Position numbers and translations under genes: made by a program. The notes below the pieces were generated by a model that had not been told where the DNA came from, made no database searches, and saw only the letters and a program-made list of their open reading frames with translations. From positions 454,424 through 518,423 of the forward strand of contig CAYGYR010000001.1 in assembly GCA_964354285.1 (NCBI GenBank): DNA of 64,000 bases, written 5' to 3'. The stretch's first letter is position 1. Each line of letters starts with the position of its first letter. Below are positions 53,284 through 62,800 of this stretch, piece by piece. The DNA comes from an uncultured Methanosarcinales archaeon (GTDB taxonomy: Archaea > Nanobdellota > Nanobdellia > Woesearchaeales > ARS49).

Positions 53284-54426
53284 CTCTTCTTCTGTATTGT
53301 AAAGATAAACAGAAGCACGCACACTTCCCTGCATCTTGTGTGCATTGAACCAGGAATGGCAGCAGTGCGCGCCGCTCCTAAGAGCTATGTTTGCAGACTC
53401 ATCAAGCATTATTGCGATATTGTGCATCTCAAGCTCGCGAACATTAAAACTGAATATTCCTGCCCTTTGTTTTGCATCCTTTGGCCCTAACAGGTCAACA
53501 GAATCTGCAAGAGCGCCTGTCAGCTTTTCATTAAGCTTTGCCTCATGAGCAGAGATATGGTCAAGCCCTATCTTTCTCAGGTATTCTGCTGCTGCACCAA
53601 AGCCAATCATCCCGCCATAGTTCTGCAAGCCTGCCTCAAACAGTTGCGGAGGCTTTTCAAACTCGCAAGATGCGTAAGTTGATTCTTTTACAGTGCCGCC
53701 ACCAACAATAAATGGCTTTAATTTCTCAAGAAGCTCGTATTTTCCATACAATATTCCTGTTCCGCTTGGGCCAAGCATCTTGTGGCCAGAGCAGGCAAAA
53801 AAGTCAACATCAAGATCCTTAAAATCAATATTTTTATGCGGAGCTGACTGAGCCCCATCAAGCAAGACAAGAGAGCCATTATCATGGGCAAGCTTAATCA
53901 TCTCTTTTGCAGAAATGCTTGTGCCATCCATGTTAGATGCATGAACCATTGAGACAAGCTTGACATTTTTTGTGAGCTTTTTCTTAAAAGCCTCAATATT
54001 TCCAAACTCAAAAACATCGTGCTTTATCCCTTTCTTTGCAAGCAATTGCCAGGGAATAAGATTAGAGTTATGCTCCTTGTCTGTTGAAAGAACAATATCA
54101 CCTGGCTTCAGGTCAAGCGAATGCGCAATGAGGTTTATTCCCTCTGTTGTGTTCTTAGTGAAAATGATTTCCTCTGGCTTTCTTGCGCTGAATAACTTCT
54201 GGATTGCTTTTCTTGCATTATTGACTTCCGCATCAACTTTTTTGCCGAGCTTGTGCATGCTTCTCTCGCCGCAGGCAGGATAATCCCTGTGATACTCATT
54301 TATCTTCTCAATCACCTGCACTGGCTTAAGGCTCTGGCAGGCGTTATCAAAATAAATTATAGGCTTTCCATTTATCTTTTTCTGCAGGACAGGAAAATCT
54401 TCCCTTATTTTATTCACATTCAGCAT
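53233..54426 (-). CDS. Cysteine desulfurase (class V aminotransferase, SufS/CsdA-like)
   Basis: PLP-lysine region SGHKMLGPSGTGILYG. C-terminal active-site Cys region RSGAHCCHS. Start at MLNVNKIREDFPVLQ. Confidence 0.75.
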   Translation of the reverse strand: MLNVNKIREDFPVLQKKINGKPIIYFDNACQSLKPVQVIEKINEYHRDYPACGERSMHKLGKKVDAEVNNARKAIQKLFSARKPEEIIFTKNTTEGINLIAHSLDLKPGDIVLSTDKEHNSNLIPWQLLAKKGIKHDVFEFGNIEAFKKKLTKNVKLVSMVHASNMDGTSISAKEMIKLAHDNGSLVLLDGAQSAPHKNIDFKDLDVDFFACSGHKMLGPSGTGILYGKYELLEKLKPFIVGGGTVKESTYASCEFEKPPQLFEAGLQNYGGMIGFGAAAEYLRKIGLDHISAHEAKLNEKLTGALADSVDLLGPKDAKQRAGIFSFNVRELEMHNIAIMLDESANIALRSGAHCCHSWFNAHKMQGSVRASVYLYNTEEECNVFIEELKKIIKFLS

Positions 54427-55357
54427 CTTTTTTCTCCAGCTCCTCATCAATTATTTTTTCAAAAGCCCTTAAAGGTTTTGGACCGATGATTGTCCTGTTG
54501 TTAATGAAAAAAGTTGGCGTGCCATAAATACCTGCTTTCAAGCCATCCTGGAAATCCTTCTCAACCTCTTCCTTATACTTGTCTGAAGACAGACATGCAT
54601 CAAATTTTTTCGAATCAAGGCCAACTATTTTTGCAATCTCTTTTATGTGGCTTGTCGGGTCTTCTGAGTCTGTGCAGACAGACTGCTCTGTAAATATCTT
54701 CTCATGGAACTCCCAGAACTTGCCCTGCGCATTTGCGCAGCCTGCTGCCTCTGCAAGAATGCTTGCGCTCTTGTGCTCCTGGTCTATAGGAAAGTCCCTG
54801 AAGACAAATCTTACTTTGCCTTCATATTTATCCTGCAATTGCTTAACGATTGCTTGTGCCTCCCTGCTGTAAGGGCAGGAATAACAGCCAAATTCAATTA
54901 TTGTCACTTTAGCATCTTTTGGTCCAATGCTTGGGTCATCATCAACTGTCGGATAAACTATCTCTCCCTCAAGCTGGTTATGTATCTTTGAGAACTGCTC
55001 CCCGCCGATTGCATTGTAGATGCAGAATCCTCCTGTATCTTCTGGGCCATAGCAGTTTCCATACAAATAATAATTATATCCGCCATAGATTGAGTAGCCA
55101 AGGCTCGCGAACAAGAGTATGACCAAAAACCAGGATATTAATTCAAAATGCTTGTAGGCAAGGCCTGCAATAAAAGGGCTCCTGCGCATAAGCTTTCCTG
55201 TTATTTGGCTTTTCAGCCTCTTGTCAAGCCCTGTCTCGCATTTCCTTAAAGTAATCCTTCTGAAAACACACTCAAATGCCTCTTTTGCAAGAGGCCTGTG
55301 GCTGGCTGAAAATATGGCCAGAATGCCAAATACTATGAGTGCAAGTATGCAAATCAT
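54410..55357 (-). CDS. Membrane-anchored DsbA-like thioredoxin-fold protein
   Basis: Two N-terminal TM helices. C-terminal DsbA-like domain with CxxC (FGCYSCPYS) and VRFVFRDFP. Confidence 0.6.
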   Translation of the reverse strand: MICILALIVFGILAIFSASHRPLAKEAFECVFRRITLRKCETGLDKRLKSQITGKLMRRSPFIAGLAYKHFELISWFLVILLFASLGYSIYGGYNYYLYGNCYGPEDTGGFCIYNAIGGEQFSKIHNQLEGEIVYPTVDDDPSIGPKDAKVTIIEFGCYSCPYSREAQAIVKQLQDKYEGKVRFVFRDFPIDQEHKSASILAEAAGCANAQGKFWEFHEKIFTEQSVCTDSEDPTSHIKEIAKIVGLDSKKFDACLSSDKYKEEVEKDFQDGLKAGIYGTPTFFINNRTIIGPKPLRAFEKIIDEELEKKDAECE

Positions 55358-55406
55358 GTATCAAAAAAAAGAGCATTGGCTTTTAAAACTTGTGGAAATA
55401 TAATGT

Positions 55407-55612
55407 AAAATGTCAGAAATTTTCCACCAATCCGTCAGAAACAGTAGGTTTCTGAGCGTGCTCAGAAATGCAAAGCATTTCGGACATATGATTGGTGGCG
55501 TCAAGCCAATTCCGTACTGATGCGGAAAATTTCTGAGCACTAAGAACCACCAGTAAGTATAGTCGCATCATTAAATCCCACCGGTCTTTGACCGGTGGTT
55601 CTTTAGATTAAA
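55407..55612. mobile_element. MITE-like palindromic repeat, family member C (with a nested insertion)
   Basis: Ends AAATGTCAGAAAT...TTCTTTAGATTA. Long-range stem ccaccaatc/gattggtgg encloses an inserted GTTTCTGAGCGTGCTCAGAAATG palindrome. Stem AAGAACCACCAG...CCGGTGGTTCTT covaries with element B (CACAGG/CCTGTG). Confidence 0.45.
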
Positions 55613-55617
55613 AAAAA

Positions 55618-56781
55618 TCATTGGGTCTGGTTGCCTATATTGACCTTTATCTCTTTCGGCCCCTCGCCAAGTATGTCTCCTGTGCTCAAGTCCTTATACT
55701 TGATTCCCTGGAGCTTGTCAACCTGTGTGAAGACATATGTCCCATTGACAATTTTTCCCATCTGGCTCCACATCTGCTGTACTGCAGGGTATTCCTTTAG
55801 GTCCTTTGAGAACAATGCAGTCGGCACAAGAGTTATGTTATACTTCTTCACAAGGCTCTTTCCTTCGCTGCTTGAGATATCAACTGTTGTTTCTGTGTCA
55901 AATGCCATTCCAAGGCTCTGCTGGAAGTATGACTTAAACTGCGTAGGACTATAACAGTCTGTGCATTCCTTGTCTGTGAGATATGTTATGTCCACAAGCC
56001 CTTTTGTCTTTTTTGCTGAAAGGTCATAATATGGGGCATTAACTGTCCTCAAGACAAGCTTGCCGTCTTTTTCAACGCTTCCCACATCTTTCCAGGACTT
56101 GTTTACTGCATCATACTCAATAGCTTCCTCTGAAAGTATCATTGTAGGTATCTTTGTTATGTTATACTCTTTGATTAGGGCTTTTCCTGTGGTTGAGTTG
56201 TATTCAGCTATCTGCTCACCCACAACATCTATTCCAAGGTTTCTCAGCTGGCTGACAAGCTTTGTTATGTCAAAGCACTTCTCGCAGCTCGGCTTTGTTA
56301 TCGCTATCACTGTGACTTCACCAACCACCTTGTCCTTTTTAATGTCATAATAAACTGGAGGGGAATTGCCGAAAACAAGGGCATCTTTTTTCTTCTCAAA
56401 AGGAGTCAGCTTTGCATCAAGATTCTTTCCCTTGAGTATAAATGCAGGCAACCTCTCTATTTCATACTTTGTAATCAGCTTTTTTGCCTCAGCAGAATCA
56501 AATGAAATAATCCTGTCAGATGTAACATTAAGCACAGGAGCCCCTTTTATTATCTCAATTGCCTGGCTTACATTCATGCATTCTGTGCAGGCAGGATTTT
56601 CAATAGCAATAAGCTCAAATTTCGGTGCAATCTCTGCTGTTTTTGTCTCATTCTTTCCAAGATACTTGTCAAACCCGCCTTTGAAATAAACTCCTGCTAG
56701 AACTGCAGCTATTATTATTACAACGATTCCGGCAATCAAAGTTTTCCGGCTTAAAGCATAATATTCTTCTTTCTTAACCAT
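55618..56781 (-). CDS. Membrane-anchored protein with three tandem thioredoxin-fold modules, each with a CxxC motif
   Basis: N-terminal TM helix. Three repeats carrying CTEC, CEKC and CTDC in matching positions. Confidence 0.55.
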   Translation of the reverse strand: MVKKEEYYALSRKTLIAGIVVIIIAAVLAGVYFKGGFDKYLGKNETKTAEIAPKFELIAIENPACTECMNVSQAIEIIKGAPVLNVTSDRIISFDSAEAKKLITKYEIERLPAFILKGKNLDAKLTPFEKKKDALVFGNSPPVYYDIKKDKVVGEVTVIAITKPSCEKCFDITKLVSQLRNLGIDVVGEQIAEYNSTTGKALIKEYNITKIPTMILSEEAIEYDAVNKSWKDVGSVEKDGKLVLRTVNAPYYDLSAKKTKGLVDITYLTDKECTDCYSPTQFKSYFQQSLGMAFDTETTVDISSSEGKSLVKKYNITLVPTALFSKDLKEYPAVQQMWSQMGKIVNGTYVFTQVDKLQGIKYKDLSTGDILGEGPKEIKVNIGNQTQ

Positions 56782-56858
56782 AAAAATGCACCCCTCAGCC
56801 TATATTTTGTATATAAATTTGAAGAGGTAGTATTTATTATTTGTGGTGTTTCGCTCTA

Positions 56859-59800
56859 TTAAATCTTTATCTTGCCCTCAAGCATCTTTTTGGCTATCTC
56901 TTTCTGTTTCTTCATGTAACTTTCGCTCTTTCCCTCCCATTCTGCAGTGGTTGTTGCGCGCCTGACGCTCCAATAATAAATCATGTAAAGCAGGGCAGAG
57001 ACCATGACAAGCAGAGCAATTGCGCGGATTATGTTTCTATTATCCAAGTAAGGAATTATTCCTGAAAGAATGCTTGCTCTCTTGGCGGTTTCTATCTTTG
57101 GCGCAATAATTTCTCGCGGCTTTTCTATGATTGGCTCAGGGACTGGGGCAGGTGTTTCAAGAACAGGCTGTTGCACAGGAGTGCAATTTCTGGACTCACC
57201 TGGCTTAAGAGTAGTTGTGCCGCAGTTCTTCAGGTCAATGCAGGAGCGCATCTGCATATTGTTTTCGCATGGGCTCCATCCATCGCAGAGCCAGCTTTCA
57301 AGGCAGGAAGCCTGAACAACTGGTTGCTGCGGTGTTTGATTTACAGGGATGTATCTGCGTGTAGCTCCTCCACCCCCTCCTGACGACGTAGGTGTTGGCG
57401 GCGTTGGTACAGGAGTCCTTAATGCAAGGGTTATTTCAGAATCACCCCTGTAAAATATGTCTCCTGACGCATTCAGATAAGTAAGATTAACAACATTAGT
57501 TATGTTTGTATTGTTTGCAATTGCAGGATTGACAAGAACAGTTATGTTTATTGTGCTGCAGTTTCCTGGAGTGACTGTTACAATGGTCCATGTGTTGTTT
57601 GTTCCTGGATCTGGGGTTGGTGTTGCGCTGACATAGCTGGTATTTGCATCATATGTATCATTGATAATGACTGAACCTGCATTATCAGTTCCATTATTGC
57701 AGAACGTGATTGTGTAATTCAAATTAGTTCCATTATACACTGGGTCTGGATCATCTGTTTTGCTGATTGTCATGTTAGGATTGGGTGGGGCTGGCGGTGC
57801 GAGGACAAGAGTTGTCTCATTTGTCTCGCCATCAAAAAGAGCAAGCCCTGGCGGGTCATAATACGTGAAGTTAACGAAGTTTGTTATGTTTGTATTATTT
57901 GAAACAGTTGCATTGACTAGAACAGTTATGTTTATTGTGCCTCCTGTGCCATTTGCAACAGTGCCGATTGTCCAAGTATTATTTCCAGAAGTTGGTGATG
58001 GAACTGCGCTGACAAAAGTTACTTGAGGAGGATAAATCTCTGTAACAACAAAGCTTGATGCATTTGCAGTGCCATTATTAAAATAAGTGATTGTATAATT
58101 CAGCTGGTTTCCTGCATAAACAGGATCTGGAGTATCTGTCTTGTTTGCAGTTATGTTTGGCTGCTCCTCTGCAGTTATTGTAACATTGCTTCTCAGGGTA
58201 TCAATACCGTTCTCGCTGCCATTATACCCGCAGAAGAAGGCCCAGGTCTGGCCAATAGTCCCGTTTGTTGTAACATTCCAAGTGCTGTTGCATGTCTGCC
58301 CAGGCACTAATGAATTCAGGCAGCTTTGATTGCTTCCATTCACAGGATTCTGGCTTGTTGTATAGAAAGGAGAGCCTGAATTCATTGGAATCATTCCTTT
58401 GTTTCCTCCGTGGAACGTTAATGATAATGAATCAGACCAGCCAAGGGTGGTGTTTGCAGTAACTGTGCAGACATAGTCAAGAGTTGAATTAACATCAAAT
58501 GCTGACGAGTTGTATATACCGCTTACATTGCTAAAGCCAAGCAAGACGCTTGTTCCATTTGGATATGTTAGATTGAATTGGACTGTATCAATTGTTCCCT
58601 GTGTTGTGATATTTGCAGAGCAGTAAACACTTGAATGGACAGGCATCTGCGGCGGAATAATAGACACTGAATTAACTGATATTACCATGTTGCCACCTAA
58701 GAGGATGACTTCAGCACCCATAGGGAACATGTATCCGCCTGTGTTGAGGTTGGTGATAAGTCCGCCTGCTGCGCTCACTCTCTTGATGCCGTTATTGTCT
58801 GTTACAATGTAATCTCCGTTTGAGTCAATAGAAACTCCCCATCCGCCAGTTAATCCTGTTGTGATGACTGCGACCTGGCCGCTGCGGTTGATTTTATACA
58901 ATGAATTATAATTGCCGTCGCTGACAATATACTCACCATTTGCATCCACCTTGACTCCAGTCATGTAGCCCAGAAGCCCGCTTCCAGCTCCGCCAGCCTG
59001 AGTAGTTGAATTTATCTGGGTGAATGAGCTGTCTGTTATGTTGTATATTGCAATATACGACCCGTTGCTTGTCGGGCTTTCATCCCACTCGTATCCGCCG
59101 ACAACAATGTAATTGCCGTATTGGTCAATATCAATTCCATACGGATAATCAAGGTTATCAGGGAACGGGCCATTGTAAATCACACTGTCCGAGCCATCGG
59201 TGATATTGTAAATCATTATTGCATAATTTGAACCAGAATCTTTTCCTGTCATGATGTAATTTCCATTTGCATCAATCGCGATTCCAGTCAAGCCCATTGA
59301 GCCTGCCCATCCTGCGCCACCGCTGACGTTCTTGACAACAGAAAGCACGCCTGCAGGAGTCAATTTGTATATTCCGGCATCATTGTTATTGTTCCCAGAA
59401 TCAACGATTATCACGTTTCCATTTATGTCAATATCAACATCCATTGGCTGGTCTCCTGTTACTGCTGCGCTGCTGGCTGCATTATTCGTATTGTTGAAAT
59501 AGACAACATTATTTAATCCAGACCAGTCAGCATCTGCAAAAAATGCATCGTTTGTTTTATAAGGATAGCTGGGGGTGATATTATTCACAATCGGATCAAG
59601 CGTCACTGTTGTATTCACACACTCTCCGCCTGTGCACTGCACTGTGCATGTTGCTGTGAAGATTGAGCCATTTGGCGCATTGTAATTGCCTGGCGGAGCA
59701 AGCATGACTGCATTTGAAAGGTTTCCATAAGGCAAATCAAACTGCCTTGCGCCACTCTTGGATAAGCCAGTTGTATCTGTGCAGATGGCTGCGACCTGCC

Positions 59801-62800
59801 ATAATCCGCTGTCAAGAATCTGGAAATCTGCATGATCCAGAGTATAGTATCCACTCACGACACTTGAAGTGGTTCCATAAACAAAAGTCTGGCTGTCAGG
59901 AATATTGGTCATGTTTATTGTTGCATTGCTCATTGTTGCAGTGCCATCCTGCGTAATTGTATCTGTGCAGTTCACACGGATCCTGGTGACATTTGCGCCA
60001 TAAATCGCAGTAGAGCAGTTCACAAAGTTGCCGCTAGTTTCAAATTCACATTGAATAGCCTGCACGTAAGTTGCGTAAAGGGGATGGTCGTCTCCGCCAT
60101 TAGTTATCTCATTATTTTTTCCTTTCCAAGGAATTTCTGTATCACCAAGCCCGTCATTGTCTGTATCTGTGCCATTATAGCTGAGCCAGAAGTTTCCTCC
60201 AAAATATGGCCCGTTGATAATGTTTGTTCCTAATGTTTTAGTGATGTTCCAGCTGTTTCCAGTGCTTGCAGCATCTGCAAAAGGCTCATTCTCAAAGAAG
60301 TTATTGTATATTGTATTTGAATTTGCATCAGTTAGATTGATGCTGTAGGTATTGTTTAGCACAGTATTGTCTCTGACCAAGGTATTATTTGAGGTTTCAA
60401 TATGTATTCCGAACCTGCTGTTGGATGTGATATCATTGCTTATAACAGTTTCATCTGCAGTGTTGTATATGTATACTCCGTCTCGAGTGTTGTTGTAGAT
60501 TATGTTATCAACAACATGGACATTTGAGCCTGGCGGGCTTCCTCCCTTATAGATTAAAATGCCGTTCTGGCTGTTATTATGCACTGTATTGTTGTATATA
60601 TCGTCATCATCACTGTCCAAAAGCCTGATGCCATCTTCTCCATTCATAAAAGCAGTATTGTTTCGCAATGTGTTGAAATTAGATTCATCAAGGAAAATGC
60701 CGATATGGCTGTTATTGTACGCAGTATTGTTTGTCAAGTTGTTGTAGTTTGACTCATCAAGATTTATTCCAGACGCAAGGAACCCATTGTTGTTATATCC
60801 TGAATTGTTTATCAAAGTATTGTAGTGGCTGATGTAAAGGCTTATTCCAGTAGGATTATCATAAGCTCTATTCTCTGTCAAAAAGCAGTCATTTGCGTGG
60901 TGCAGAAGAAGTCCAGCACCAGAATTGTTATAGACTGAATTGTTAGTCAAATTATTATAATTGCTGTAATAAATCTGGATTCCCTGGTATACATTCCCTT
61001 TTGCAATATTTCCAGTAAGATTGTTATATTCATTGTTTGTTTCAAGGCTAAAACCATACGCATTATTATCATATGCAAAATTGTCTATTAACTTGTTGTT
61101 TCTGTTATATTTGTTAAGCACTGAGAATCCTTCAAGAAGGAATCCTGTTCCAGAGAATGCGCCTGAATTATTCCATGCAGTATTATTTATTAATGTATTA
61201 TTATTGCATCCACCAGAGAGCCCCATAAGATAGAATCCGTCAAATTCATTGAAATATGCAGAGTTATTTAAAAATAGGCTGTTGTTCATGGAATCAATAT
61301 AGTACCCGCGCTGGCTGTAACCGGCGCTATCATTATAGAATCCGCAATCCTTTGAATTCTGGGAATAAATTCCTCGCGTAAAATTATGTATTATGCAGTT
61401 CTTGATTATGACAGAACTAAGTCCTGTGAAAGAGATGCCATCTCCTGATGAATTTCCTGTGATGGTGCGGCCTTCGCAATCAAGAACTATTCCGCTCGTA
61501 TTTATATTCAATGCAGTCCCGTTGCAGGTAAGGTTTGCAGTCAGCGTTGTGTTCGTGGATATTGTAGAATTGCATGCAATAGAAACATCCTGCGCTTTGT
61601 AAGTCGTGAACTGTGAAACATTGAACTTGTATGTTGTCCCAGTATAATTCTGCTCTGTGCAGATGTTTGCTGGGCATGCAGCAAAAGAGCCGTCATCTTC
61701 TGGGTCATAGAACGGCTCTGGATTTGGCATTGTGATATTATACAAGGTAATGTTGGCGCTTTTGTTCAGGTTAGGGTTTGCAGTGGAATTCACAAATACG
61801 CGGTTGTTGCTTACTACCATATGCTTAGTTAGGTTTCCGCCAGCACCTCCTGACATCCCAAGTAAATGCAGTATGCCGTATTGGGAAACCACTGTGAAAT
61901 AAGCGCTTCCAGAAAGATAAGGAAATCCTAATGAAAAATTATAAGTGTCTATTGATTGATTGATCAAGTAAATTCTGTTGTTGTCAGGGATACTCATCAC
62001 GTTGTCAGTTGTAGATACAAGGTCTATTGTGTTGTTCACTGTGTTGTTAATTAATGTAAGATTGTAAATATTATTAAGCTCACTGATTCCCTGCGAGTTG
62101 TTCCTTATTGTGTTATTAAGCAAAGTTGCATTCGCATAAGAACTGCTTTGCAAGTAAACTCCTTTTGAGAAATTCAGTATTTCGCAATTCTTGACAATAA
62201 CATTATCGAAACCACCTAAGATGTAGATGCCGTTTCCTGTTCCATTACCTGTAATTGTATAACCTGAGCAGTCCAATGTTACGCTGCTATTCGGCATGTA
62301 AAGTGCTGTTCCATTGCAGGTAATGTTTTGCGTCAACATTGTGTTTACGGAAATATTCTGGCCGCAAGTAATAACCTGTGATGGCGCCCTAGGCCCATAA
62401 TCCCTCACTCCAGAGACATTACCTCCATTCGCGCTTTCATAAGGATACTGCGCGCCAGAATCACCAAAGCCATCTCCATCTGTGTCATATATCTGCAAAT
62501 TATTATAGAAAACATCTGCCCAATAATTACCCTGAGCTTTCCCACCAACACTTATGTTAAAGAAATTATTGAAAGGCACTGAGTTTCCATCAAATGCAAA
62601 ATAACTCCAGGGAGTTGATAGATTTGTGAATGTGTTCCAGTATACTGTGTTATTATAGCTTTCTCCATAGATGCCAATACCGATTGTATTGTTGATGAAT
62701 GTGCTGTTCCTGATTTCATTATTACTCGAGCCATTTGTTATGTTGATTGCATGCACAGAACAATTCATGAAAGTCACATTATCGACAAGAGTTGTGTTGG

